NCBI GenBank assembly: GCA_951406725.2
Contig: OX597833.1
Span: forward strand, 24,490,001-24,554,000
Direction of reading: 5' to 3'
Length of the DNA stretch: 64,000 bases
DNA from: Octopus vulgaris
Lineage: Eukaryota
The position numbers were made by a program, and so were the translations under genes. The notes under the pieces were generated by a model, which saw only the letters and a program-made list of their open reading frames with translations, was not told the DNA's origin and did not search any database. Position 1 is the first letter of the stretch; each line of letters starts with the position of its first letter. Of the stretch, positions 13,951-27,395 are shown piece by piece.

Positions 13951-14600
13951 TTAACCCTTTCGTTACTATATTTCTGACCAAAATACACCCCTTATGTGTT
14001 TCAATTAATTTCTAACGTAATCATAAATTTAGTCTGGTTTCATTAAACAACAATAACTTTTTTATTTATCGATATATTAATGTGATTTTTGGAAGATAAT
14101 TTAATGAAATGTCCTCAACCAATTCTATACTATAATTTTTGTCACAGAGTGACTCTAATTGCAGGTAGATACAGGTAAATTCAACAATATATAAAATTAT
14201 TAAAATTTTGTTCAAACATTGCTATAGAAAATGGGTTATTAGCTAATATTCAATTGGGTATACAACAAAATTTTACGATAGAATTTGTTATTCTGGGTAA
14301 CTTTCTGATACCCATAATAATATTTATGGCAAAATAGGCCTTAATTTCATTTAAGGTTGTGGGAAATAACAAACTATCCTTTCTTTCGCTTTGTTTACGT
14401 TTAGCGTAACGGTTCGTTTCCGCTGTAATGATTTCAAATAGGCTCATTCGAAAAAGTAAAAAGAAATAGTTTAAGGCTTTACTCTTCTGGGAAAGTCTGT
14501 GGCTTGGTGCAGTTTCTTCAGAAAAATCACCGAAAGAAACAGTTTTTAAATTTTCACTCCATTCAGGTACCAATTCATTTTCTTAATCGCTGTCGGATTC
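13951..14600 (-). mobile_element. piggyBac fragment (TTAA-CCC end, partial PGBD-like transposase 14250-14573)
   Basis: ttaacccttt terminus; ORF ALNYFFLLF...IITAETNRYA...TTLNEIKAYFAINIIMGIRKLP is typical of the piggyBac transposase N-terminal region. Confidence 0.8.
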
Positions 14601-14689
14601 ACTGTTTTCACTTTAATAGCTGCAAACTTGCAAAGACCAAGGAGGAGAAGGGTGATAGCGTCAGTGAAACAGTTCGCTCCGTTTGTGTG

Positions 14690-14972
14690 TGCGTGCGTTT
14701 GCGTGTGGTGTATCCCACACTAAGAAAAACATTTGACATATACACCAGAATGTGAGTTTTCTCTAAATTTTGCTTAATTGGGGTTGAAATTTTAAAAACT
14801 GGACCTGGCACGACCCGATGCATTCTACTCTTAAAAATGCTAGGTAAATTGTAATTGAAGAAATCCTATATTGTAGATTTCTATAAGATACAAAGGGAGG
14901 CAGATAAAATCTGCCTTTTATAATAAGAGATACAAAGGGAGGCAGATAAAATCTGCCTTTTATAATAAGAGA
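14690..14972 (-). mobile_element. Helitron-like 5' segment, family H4, with a 42-bp terminal tandem duplication
   Basis: Homologous to 57008-57247; begins TCtcttattataaaaggcag. Confidence 0.55.
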
Positions 14973-14977
14973 TATGA

Positions 14978-15225
14978 CATGGTGTCTGTTCCTTGCAGAG
15001 TTTGACCTCATCCTGTACTTATAATTGCTCTTTCCCTGTGTAAGATCTTAAATGACTTTTGAGTTCTGAAAGGCGGTTGAAGAACTGATAACATATATTG
15101 CAACAATGTCTTATTTCAGCATTGGATCCATTTTCCGCATATTTATTATCAAAATTCAAGTGCTGCTCCAATCCTCCACTTGACTTGCAGGTTTTTTTGA
15201 AAACATTACTTTGTACCTGGAAATC
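14978..15225 (-). pseudogene. C2H2-like zinc-finger fragment, probable RTE LINE 3' end
   Basis: CKSSGGLEQHL...CNICYQFFNRLSELKSHLRSY then stop and a short 3' tail; second copy at 11976. Confidence 0.5.
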
Positions 15226-16496
15226 CGGAATGAAATTCCAGTAGTTCATACGTGTATGCGTGTGTGGTGTGTGCATAAGTGTGTACATCTTTGTTTCCAC
15301 ATTCCACCGCCAGTCAATTACTGTTGGTTTATTTACGTTCCGATGACTTATGTGTTCGGCAAAAGGTACTGATAGAATAAGTACTAGGCTCTAAAAATAA
15401 CTACTGGAATTGATTTGTTCAACTAAACACTTCAAGGTGGTGCTCCAGCATGGCTCAAGTTTAATGATTGACATAAGTAAAAGATAAAAGATAAAATACG
15501 GATATTGGAGCTGGTTTAAATAATATATTTCTTAGAAGAATCGCAACCTCTTGAATATCTCGGTGCCCCTCAAAACATCCTCTTTGCATTTGCTTTCCCG
15601 CCCCACCTTTTTAATCTCACAACGACCAACTTTAAAACCACTGCTTTGGATTGACTTTAATTATTGAACCATACTGGACACATAGACTTCCTGATAATGT
15701 CTTCCATACACTGAATTAGCCAATGATAACAAGTAGGGAGATGCGGATTAAGGAAGCCGTAATTACAACAGTTTCTTCCCCTCCACCTCACTGAAATGAG
15801 AATTCAGACAACAGCAACCCAATGAAGAAAGTCCTACCTCCTCGCTGCTCACTTTGCAACCAATTCTACATTGCACAAACTTTGGATCCCCATGCGACAT
15901 TTGCGAATATACATTCGCATAAGATGTAGAGTTTATACATATTTACTTGAATATTCATTTTACAGGTGAAAACCATCTGTGTAATTTCTTAGAACACTGA
16001 ATATGTGCTCTTGATGAAGTTTACAATAAGAATCAATTTCACCTGATTCACACAGAAACATACATATGCAAACACAATGAAGTGGGAGTGAGTATGAGTA
16101 TACAAGCGGGCGCGCGGTTGTAATTGTGTTATAGAACGAGATGGGTGGTAAGATAGAGAGAGATGATTCACTGAAAGAAAGCGAGTGAGAGAGTGGGGGA
16201 GAGCGAGTGCAAAAGAAGGCAAAATGCTTGCGTTCTTCATTTGTCCGCGTGAATATCCGCTTGCATGAACTAAAGACAGTGAGACAGACAAACGGTTAGG
16301 TAGGTAGGTGTTTAGGTAGGTAGGTATATATGTAGGTAGGTAGGTTGATGGGTAGGTAGGTTAGTAGGTAGGTCGGTAGATAGGTAGGTTGGTAGGTAGG
16401 TAGGTTGGTAGGTAGGTAGGTTGGTAGTAGGTAGGTAGATAAATAGATAGATAAACAAACGGATAGATAAATAGACCGATAGACAGACAAACTGAC

Positions 16497-16567
<71 letters not shown>

Positions 16568-17110
16568 AACAGAGAGTGAAAAGGGACACAGAAAGTTCGG
16601 GAGATAGAGATAGCGAGGGAGAAAAAAAACGAAATGTATTTTGATAAAGGAAAGTAAATATAATGATGAATGGATTTGGGTGAAGTTGACATGAATAAAG
16701 AGATTAGGAAGGTAAGATTTGTGGGTTGGTTTAACAATAGCTGGTAGTTTCAAGGAAGGCTGATACATAGAGCAAACTGAATGGTGTGAATGAATAATAG
16801 ATAGGTATTACATTGAATATGTCTAGTGATACCGAGAGTCGGGTCGGGTATTGAGGTTTGGGTGCATATATGGATATGTGAGAACGCAAATATGATTGTG
16901 TGGTTAAGAAAGTAACTTCGCAACCACGTGCATCTGGATTCGGCCTCCACTGTACCTTGGGAGATTGTCTTTTACAATTACCTATGAATTGTTGTGGATA
17001 GAATTTGTGTAGCAATTACATGCTTTCTTATACTTTGCTGCCTACTTCATATGATCACAAACGCGCGCGCACGCTAATACTCATTATCACGTTTATAAAT
17101 GTATATATCT

Positions 17111-18065
17111 ATTGGGTTGGCAACTAAATTCCCGCCGTTTTTTTCAAATTTTGGAATTTATTGCGTTTAAAATTTGGGAATCTATTTTTTTTTTCAAGAA
17201 TTCTATTTTTGAATCATTCTGGAGTCTATTGTGTTCTTTTTTTCTTTCGAGTTAATTTTAGTTAATTTTTGTTCATTTTCAGATCATTAAACTGGAATGT
17301 CAAGTTAAGGAAAACGAGTATTTTCGACACCTCCATCTTTTTACTTTTAATCAAGGTTCTAAGGGTGCAAAAGCTGCTCGCGACATTTGTGCAGTGTATG
17401 GAGAGGGTGCCATAGCTGAAAGAACCGCTCGTGATTGGTATGCCAAGTTCAACAATGGAAATTTTGATCTCAAAGAAGCACCTCATTGCGGCTGTCCAGT
17501 TTATTTCAGTGAAGAGCGATTAAACCAACTTTGCACGAAAATTTTCGTCAAACGACAAGGGAACTGGCAGAGAAAATGGAATGCTTCCACACTGCTATAG
17601 AGAAGCATCTTTACTCGATGGGAAAGTTTCAGAAGTATGGAGCATGGGTTCTGCATGCTTTAAGTGACAACAACCATAATCAACGAGCCACAATCTCCGC
17701 TGGTTTGGTTGCTCATCACCGTTCAACTCATGGTCACAAGCGACGATTTCTTTACCGAATCGTTAATTGCGACGAAAAATGGTGCCTGTACATCAATATG
17801 AAGCAGCGTAAGGAATGGCTCAGCCCCGGTATACTAGCAACACCACGCGTGAAACATGACCTTCATCCGCGTAAAATGATGTTGTGCATATGGTGGGATT
17901 GGGAAGGGATTATCCATTACGAATTGCTTGAACTGAACCAAACAGTCAACGCAGAACTCTATGCTCAACAGATGAACTACTCAACGCGGCTATTCAAGAG
18001 AAAATACCTAATCGGCAGCATGGAGTTCTTCCGCTGCACGACAGCACCCGCCCTCATATCACCAA
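17111..18065 (+). mobile_element. decayed mariner (mellifera-like), 3' truncated
   Basis: TIR attgggttggcaactaa; translations ICAVYGEGAIAERTARDWYAKF, WVLHAL, RIVNCDEKWCLY, LHPRKMMLCIWWDWEGIIHYELL; frameshifts. Confidence 0.9.
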
Positions 18066-19178
18066 ACACAGACACACAAACATATATACACACACACACA
18101 TACGCATATATATATGAATGAAGAAGACATAATCTTATAGATTTTCGGTGGTAATTTAGCTCAATAGAGCAGCAAAGTTAATCACATCTATATTTACTAT
18201 CATTCACACAAGGATATAGACACATTACTGCAGTACTTACAATGTAATACTCATCAAAATTATGGTGTTACCGCCACCGTTTGTTACAAGCAGGAACGAG
18301 CAAGTTTTCCCAAAAGTGTATTTGATGTTCTTCTGCACTTAGTCAATTCAAATAAGCTGCATCCTAGTTATAACCACTTCATCTTTATGCGTATAAGGGA
18401 CTATATTATTCAATGTTCTTTCTTACTTTGAAAAGAAACAGAACATCAGTTGAGTTAAATATTGAAGTTATTTCCTTCCGTACATGAAAGACGCCTTGTC
18501 TAACGCGTCCTTCCATTTTTAATATTTTAGGGAGATATAACAGTTATTCTAAATTGATCGAACAATTTCAGAAAGACCCTTCATTGTCTCGCAGTATTTA
18601 TAAGGTGAGTGATGTGACACATACGGTCTTAATTGACCACAGAAGGTGCTGAAAATCTTTCCAGTTAAGTTGTTGGGGTATCTAGATATCGAGAGATATA
18701 ACTAACTTGAGATTGAAGGGATGACCCTGAAAATAATATTCTGATCTTCGTTATAGCAGCCAGGATTGGAACAGACGGCGAGACAAGAGAGCAGCCAGTC
18801 AACAGTACGTGGGGATTATAAGAGGAAAAAAATCGGAAAAATTTTAAGGAGTTTTACATCCAAAAGTATTTCATGGCTCTAGAAATGAATATTCTAAGCG
18901 TACACAATACATACATACACATTCATCTATATGAACAAATATATATTCACACAAACATTCATACATAAATACACATGTACTCACATATATATGAACATAT
19001 ATACATATACATATACATAGGTGTGTATATGTATGTGAGTGTGTGTAAGTGCGAGGTATGAGTGTCGTTATTTGACACCGGAGTATTTGCCTTCGGCTTT
19101 CTCCAGCTTAAGTACGGGATCAAGGCGATTTCGTTTACATTTCCAGATTATACTTCCATACATAAATACATACATGCA

Positions 19179-19267
<89 letters not shown>

Positions 19268-19404
19268 TTGTATATATGTGTGTGTATATATATATGTTTA
19301 TGTATATATATATATATATATGTTGCTGTGTGTGTGTTTGTGTGTAGATATTTGTGTATTTATATATATAAACATATATGCACTGATATAGATATATATA
19401 TATC

Positions 19405-19459
<55 letters not shown>

Positions 19460-20079
19460 ACATCCATATACATATATATATATATATATATATGTGTGTA
19501 TGTATGCATATGTATACCTATATACGCATACACACAGACACACACAGAGAATATAAATAGAACTTTATATGCACATCACATACATGAGAATGTTATATAA
19601 ACCCATTACATTAACACGTTCACAGGTATATGTGAGTACAACACAACGCACTGTTTATACGAAAAATGCAAAATCCCTGCAAGCGGGCGCGTGTACCCCC
19701 ACCCCAAAAGATCTATACATTTATTTGCAATCACATTAATAAACATTTATATTTATATATATATATATAAATGTATATAAATATATAATATTAACATTCA
19801 TGTACGTGCTCTTTCTCTCTCATATATTCCTACAAACATACGGCATCATCAACATTTTCAACATCATCAACACACCTCCTTAATCTTTCGCTGAACGCTG
19901 AGAAGCCATATTTTATAGAGGAACATTGAGTTCCTAAAGGGAAATTCGAATAACACGTATGTTACAACTGGCACGGAAGGAGTCAGCTAGATTACATTTT
20001 GGATGTGTGTGTATGTGTGTTTCTATATGTGTGTATTTATAAAGTGTCTAGTACATATACATACATGAATATATGTATG

Positions 20080-20130
<51 letters not shown>

Positions 20131-20136
<6 letters not shown>

Positions 20137-20216
20137 GTTTATATACGTTTATAATATATATATATATATATATGTTGATATATATATATATAAGTATATA
20201 TATATATGTGTGTGTG

Positions 20217-20282
<66 letters not shown>

Positions 20283-20355
20283 TATATATATATACTTATA
20301 TATATATATATATCAACATATATATATATATATATAAACGTATATAAACGTATAT
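20131..20355. repeat. low-complexity palindrome centred on (TA)n
   Basis: atacgtttatatacgtttata...gttgata...aagta mirrored by tactt...tatcaac...tataaacgtatataaacgtat. Confidence 0.75.
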
Positions 20356-20835
20356 TTAATCTAACTATAGATATATATGTACATAAATACCTATATATTT
20401 TCATTTATACATACATATGGATGGATGGATGTATCTGTGTGTGTAAATATGTATATGTTATGTATATAAAGTGAGAGTTGTGATAAATACGGCTATGTTT
20501 GACCAAGGAGATATTGAACATATTTACAGTTAAGTTGTGGGGAAATCTAGATCCCGTGAGGTATAACTAGCGATTGGTGCGATGAAAATATATATGTTTA
20601 TCCTTATATATATATATATATAATCGAGTGAGACGAATAGTTAGAGCCTCGAGAAATACGATTTCTTCTGTTTGATCCAGCTCTATATTTATTCAGTTTA
20701 AGTCGTACCGTGATCAACTTTACCTTTGATTCCTCCGGGAGCAACGATATTAAACTAACAGGCTAGTACAAGGGACGATGATATCAACGAACTCCCTCAG
20801 TAATAATACGTGTATGTGTATGCGTATATGTACTC

Positions 20836-21230
20836 GCAGGAGTGGCTGTGTGGTAAGTAGCTTGTCTACCAACCACATGGTTCCGGGTTCAGTCCCACTG
20901 CGTGGCACCTTGGGCAAGTGTCTTCTACTATAGCCTCAGGCCGACCGAAGCCTTGTGAGTGGATTTGGTAGACGGAAACTGAAAAAGCCCATCGTATATA
21001 TGTATATATATATGCGTGTGTGTGTTTGTGTGTCTGTATTTGTCCCCCTAGCATTGCTGGTGTGTTTATGTCCCTGTTACTTAGCGGTTCGGCAAAAGAG
21101 ACCGATAAAATAAGTACTGGGCTTACAAAAGAATAAGTCCCGGGGTCGAGTTGCTTGATTAAAGGCGGTGCTCCAGCATGGCCGCAGACAAATGACTGAA
21201 ACAAGTAAAAGAGAGTAAAAGAGTAAGAGT
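20836..21230 (+). mobile_element. SINE family A, full length
   Basis: Near-consensus head, internal microsatellite and tail. Confidence 0.9.
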
Positions 21231-21392
21231 ATATGTGTGTTTGTTTGTATTTATGTATATAGGTTCAGCAAAGCTAAATGGTGAAGTGGTTTGCTTTACA
21301 ATCATGAATCCTCGGTTCAAGTTCTCTACGTGGTATCTTGCGTTAAATTATCTCCGACAGCTTCGGGTCGACGAATACCTGGTAACTATAAA

Positions 21393-21650
21393 AAAATAAT
21401 AAATGCGCCCTTTTAAAGCCTAGCCATGCTCATGGTCCTGGTTTCCCGGTTTCTATGGCGTATGTGATCCCCAGCTGGACGGGACGCCAGTCCATCGCAG
21501 CATTACTCATTTTTGCCAGGTGAGTGGACTGGAGCAACGTAAAATGAAGTGTTTTGCTCAAGAACACAACGCGTCGCCCGGTCCAGGAATCGAAACCACA
21601 ATCTTACGATCAAGATGCTGACACCCTAACCACTAAGTGACGCGCCTCCG
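21393..21650 (-). mobile_element. SINE family C
   Basis: Reverse complement of ggaggcgcgtcacttagtggttaggg...; homologous to 22909. Confidence 0.8.
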
Positions 21651-22908
21651 CACCTGGTAACTATATAGAAGTTAATAAAATGGTAACTATATAGAAGCCC
21701 GTCAGATGGGCTGTACCTGTAATTCAACTGTCCATCTTCGTCACAAATTTTGACAAACAGTACTACATACTGTTGGACATATAAACTTCAACTACAACCT
21801 TTCTATAAACGGATGCGATGAATGACCAATGTTCTCAATTATTGTGAAGCAATGAAGCAATGTTACCTTCTAAAATGATCGCTGCCTCTACAGTTAATCG
21901 CCAAAAGAATTTCACTTGTTTCACAGAACAAGCACAACAATGCCTCAACCGAAGACTTGTTTCATATATTGAATATTTAAAAAAGAGAAGTAGTTCTTAA
22001 TAACTAAAAATATTGCCTATTCTGTTTCAACCAACCCAGAGGCTTTGCAAGCCCTCAATGTTTGTACTGGTCTCACCAAATCTCTCAGTAAGTGTTAATG
22101 ACATTTTCAAGAAACTTCCTAAAGTTTTGGGGGTTCTAAAACCCATAAAGGTCTCTGAAAATCTTCCAAGAGTGTTCCATGCCATCACATCTAGGCTCAT
22201 ATATCTTTGTAGACCCACCCAACTTGGATTCAAATTGAAATTGTACAATTTGATAGTTGTAAACAGATAATGAAAATATCGGAGTAGCGAGAAAATATGA
22301 AAACTGAATGTGGTGGATATCCAGTACTGTATGGATAACGATACAAGGGGAGTTGAATATATAATGAGAACTATCATACGATTAATGATAGCTTATTTAT
22401 ACAGTGAAGTGGAAAGCGTACAGTAGAAATGATAGAAGGATACAAGACATAAGCGAGTAGTCGTAATATATTAGTGAATGAATGCTTGTCTAATTATCAG
22501 ATAGAGCTGTTTGCTTTGGTGGTGCATACTAACTTGTTTGTGTATATATTCATGGTTACGTAGGTGTATATACATCTGAATATGTGTCTATATGATGTAT
22601 ATGACTTACTGTTGTTGTATATATATCCATAACCGAGCATATCTACGAACAAATGCATTCCATCCTTGACAATTATTTTACATCCATAGCCGCAGTGTTT
22701 AATGTGCTCTCGTCTTGAAGACGGAAAATTATGATCCAAGGAAACATTTGGCTGCTATTTTAGTAGTTTCAGTGACCGTGTCATAGCTCCTATATATATA
22801 GGTTGTTTATATGTATGAGTGAATAAAGAAGGTTGATACTACGATTTTGTTGTTGTTTAACCCATGATCAGCCGTTATCAACCATTCCTGTGTATGGTAT
22901 CTGTATAG

Positions 22909-23165
22909 TGGAAGCACGTGCCTTAGTGGTTAGGGCATTGTATTTATGATCGTAAGATTGTGGTTTCATTCCTGTACCGGGCGGCGCAATGTGTTCTTGG
23001 GAAAACACTTCATTTTACGTTGCTCCAGTTCACTCAGCTGGCAAGAATAAGTAAACCTGCGATGGACCGGCGTCCCGTCCAGGTGGAGAATATATATGCC
23101 ATGAAACCAGGAGATCGGCCATTATGAGTCGATATGACTCGAAAAAGTAACATTACCTTTTTCTT
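22909..23165 (+). mobile_element. SINE family C
   Basis: Homologous to the copies at 21393 and 43911. Confidence 0.8.
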
Positions 23166-23765
23166 TTTGTGTGTGTGTCTCGGTATGAGTATATGGGTTG
23201 TTATGAATATACGTATATATAAATATATGTTTCAGTGTATGAGCATTTGTAAGCATGGTGTGTGAATGTACATGTAATATGAACTCGAGTGCGTGTATAT
23301 GTGGGCATGAATTTATATCGGAATATAGTAAACTATAAAGTAATATTTCTCGAAATGAATTCCAGAAAATCTTAGAATTTTCTTGAAAACATCTAAGATC
23401 TCATGAAATAAAATGCTTTTTTAAAATAAGTTTATGTTTTTGAACAAATAATATCTCCTCAGACATTACTTCATATGAATAATTTTCCTACCAGAGTTGT
23501 CCGTAAAATATAGCAATGGTTTCTGTGAATTTTCGAAAAGCGCATAAAGGTTCTGTAATATAACAATTTAAGGAACCACAACCTTATGACACAAACAAAA
23601 GTGTATAATAAGCTCCAAAATAGAAAGGCTAGTTCCAAATTTCTTCGTGAATTTCTGGCGAGATGGACTGAAAAGGCCAGAGCAAACAAAGGTGAATGAG
23701 AATAGATGTTGATTGACGTAAGAAGTTGTATTTTTTTGTATCGTGATAAAATAACTTAATTCGTT

Positions 23766-24046
23766 TTATTTACATTATTTACATTCGACAGATATTTGTC
23801 CTCATCTTGTTTGTTGTTAACACAACATTTCGGCTGATATACTCTCCAGCCTTCTTCGGGTGTCTTGGGGAAATTTCGAACCTGGGTTCTCATTCCTTAG
23901 GTAATTTCCCAAGACACCTGAAGAAGGCGGGAGGGTATATCAGCCGAAACGTTGTGTTAACAACACTCAAGATGATGACAAATATCCGTCGAATGTAAAT
24001 AATGTAAATAATGTACATAATTCCTCATCTCTTAAATATAGAACTG
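23766..24046. mobile_element. fold-back PLE pseudo-LTR remnant carrying an HHR
   Basis: ~110-bp inverted arms 23766-23875 / 23903-24011. Confidence 0.75.
23913..23958 (+). ncRNA. minimal type I hammerhead ribozyme
   Basis: gacac CTGAAGA a ggc..gcc GAA acgt t gtgtt. Confidence 0.7.
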
Positions 24047-24619
24047 CTCGTTCGTTTTATTCATTTATTTTAATCCTTTCTAATATTATCTGAACTAACG
24101 CGAAAAACACTTCTGTCGTTGCGTCCTTTGGAGCTCTATTTTTTCCTCTACAACCTCTGTTTATCGATTTTTAAATTTCAAGCGCTTTTACCTCTTTTCA
24201 AACACAGGAAGATAGAATGCAAATTAGAAAAAAAAGAAAATAAACGAACGAATTTATCTAACAACGCAATAAATATGCTAGTAGTTTAGATAAATCCATT
24301 GACACGTTTTGCATAAAATGGTAAAGGAAATCAAAGGCATGGCTGTCTTGGGAAGTGGTAGACAGGGTATTGGTCCGACAGAATCCATGAATCTAGAAGT
24401 TCAATGCCCAAATGCTTATGCTGTGAGTTACAGTCTGTGAATAAAAGCATACTGTGGATCATGCAGTGTTACTTTATCCTTTATTATATAATACAATAAA
24501 TAAGGCTGCAAACAAAGGTGCAACAGAAATATATGTATTTATGTATATGAGTATGTATATATTAACGAATGCATGTATGTGTGTAGACATATGCGTATGT
24601 ATGTATATATGTATATATG

Positions 24620-24702
<83 letters not shown>

Positions 24703-24726
24703 TTATTTATTTATATGTGTGGGTGT

Positions 24727-24886
24727 AGGCGCACGCGCGTGCGGCAAGAAGCTTGCTTCCCAACCATATGGTTCTAGGCTGACTTCTTCTGCGTGGCATC
24801 TTCAGCAAGTGTCTTCTACTATAGCCTCGGTCTGAGCAAAACCTTGTGAGTGCATTTGATAGACGGAAACTGAAAGAAGACCCTCG

Positions 24887-24918
<32 letters not shown>

Positions 24919-25400
24919 CGAGGGTATATATATATATATATATATACCCGGTGTTGGTGAGTCTACATCCCCGTAAAGTAGCAGTTTGGCAAACTTGTAT
25001 TATAGAATACCAAGGTTAAAATTTTGTGTGTGTGTCTCGGTATGAGTATATGGGTTGTTATGAATATACGTATATATAAATATATGTTTCAGTGTATGAG
25101 CATTTGTAAGCATGGTGTGTGAATGTACAGGAATGAAACCACAATCTTACGATCATAAATACAATGCCCTAACCACTAAGGCACGTGCTTCCACTATACA
25201 GATACCATACACAGGAATGGTTGATAACGGCTGATCATGGGTTAAACAACAAACTTGTATTATACCAAACTTGTATTATAGAATACCAAGGTTAAAATTA
25301 AATAAGTACTGAGGTCTATTCACTGGACTTAAAAATGATTCTTCAAGGCGGTGTCCCAGTATGGCCACAGTCTAATGAATAGAAAATAAAAAATAAGATA
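24727..25400 (+). mobile_element. SINE family A interrupted by a templated insertion
   Basis: Head 24727-24887; the tail resumes near 25300 (aataagtact...ggcggtgtcccagtatggcc). Confidence 0.75.
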
Positions 25401-25670
25401 TATGTGTGTGTGTGTATGGTTATTTCGTAAGTTATGACCATCTTGTAACAGCTGTCAACAGAAGACTTCACACATAATTCTTCAGTTCTATTATTCGCTT
25501 TTCCCCTTCTGTAATCCATATTTTGCGGTGCATGTAAATACGTCTGAAGCCTACCTTTGTTTGTCTTCCTACTACCTGCATACATACCTACCTACATACC
25601 TAGCTATCGAAAAAGCTACACACACATACATACACTCGTAAAAACTCATAATGATAGATATAAATGTGTG

Positions 25671-25738
<68 letters not shown>

Positions 25739-25740
25739 AT

Positions 25741-26036
25741 GTATATATATATATATGTATGTATGTATGTATATAAACATATAAGTAGATTCGTATATGC
25801 ATTTTGTATAAGTATGTTTATATACATATATACATAGAGAGAGAGAGAGAGAGACTCACATAGACACCCGCCACACACATATACTTACTTTTTTATGTAT
25901 AAATATATGTAGACATGTTTGTTTTATATCCATACTTATAAATACCTGTGTTTATATGTGTACATATACACACTCAAACATGTATATTCATATACACGCG
26001 TATATGTACACATCTGAATGCATTTAGTTACATAAA

Positions 26037-26116
<80 letters not shown>

Positions 26117-26437
26117 AGAGAGAGAGAGATTTATGTAACTAAATGCATTCAGATGTGTACATATACGCGTGTATATAAATATACATGTTTGAGTGTGTAT
26201 ATGTACACATATAAACACAGGTATTTATAAGTATGGATATAAAACAAACATGTCTACATATATTTATACATAAAAAAGTAAGTATATGTGTGTGGCGGGT
26301 GTCTATGTGAGTCTCTCTCTCTCTCTCTCTCTCTATGTATATATGTATATAAACATACTTATACAAAATGCATATACGAATCTACTTATATGTTTATATA
26401 CATACATACATACATACATATATATATATATATACAT
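25741..26437. repeat. ~700-bp near-perfect palindrome centred on (TA)n
   Basis: Arms ~25741-26067 and 26094-26437; one clear substitution plus microsatellite length differences. Confidence 0.9.
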
Positions 26438-26439
26438 AT

Positions 26440-26506
<67 letters not shown>

Positions 26507-26897
26507 TGTGTATATGTAGATAAGTATGTAACCACTTATATATGTGTACATACATATATACATTATATTTATGTGTTCGTAGTATAATATGGAAACGCAT
26601 GTGTTCGTGTGCGTCTGTTTAGTGGATTTTCTCTTGCCATGTATCATATTGCTTTATTTGTCGTGCTTGGGAAAGTACTATGGTAAGTCAATTCGAACAA
26701 ATTTCAGTGGAAGTGTTACGGCGCTAATATTTCCATTCATATAAGATATTTTCATAATTTTCATGTACAAGAACTAGAGTTGGTATATATAAATCAGCTG
26801 TTTCACATATATCTAAATAATGTGCGTAATATACACATATATGTATATGTAGATATATATGTAGGTATACACATATATGTATGTATGCATGTATGTA

Positions 26898-27123
26898 TTT
26901 TACTCTTTTATTTGTTTCAGTCATTTGACTGTGGCCATGCTGGAGCACCACCTTTATTCGAGCAAATGGACCCCAGGATTAATTTTGCAAGCCTAGTACT
27001 TATTCTATCGGTCACTTTTGCCGAACCGCTAAGTTACAGGGACGGAACACACAACCGATGTTGGGGGGACAAACACAGATACACACATATATACATACAT
27101 ACATACATACATACATACATACA

Positions 27124-27210
<87 letters not shown>

Positions 27211-27381
27211 ATATATACATTTATACGACGGGCTTCTTTCAGTTTCCGTCTACCAAATCCACTTACAAGGCTTTGGTCGGCCCGAGGCTATAATAGAAGA
27301 CACTTGCCTAAGGTGCCACGCAGTGGGACTGAACCCGGAACCATGTGGTTGTTAAGCAAGCTACTTACCATACAGCCACCT
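26898..27381 (-). mobile_element. SINE family A
   Basis: Reverse complement of the family consensus with an expanded internal microsatellite. Confidence 0.85.
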
Positions 27382-27395
27382 ATAAAATATCTTGT

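Noticed and set aside
15820-15980. Degenerate C2H2-like strings (CSLC, CDIC...TGEN)
   Set aside because: They fall in different frames, contain a stop and have wrong His spacing; too weak to call.
18235-18424. Possible minus-strand exon ending in GTAAGT
   Set aside because: Stops in all frames after the best acceptor and no recognisable protein.
22013-22377. Overlapping ORFs on both strands in unique sequence
   Set aside because: No recognisable motif or splice support.
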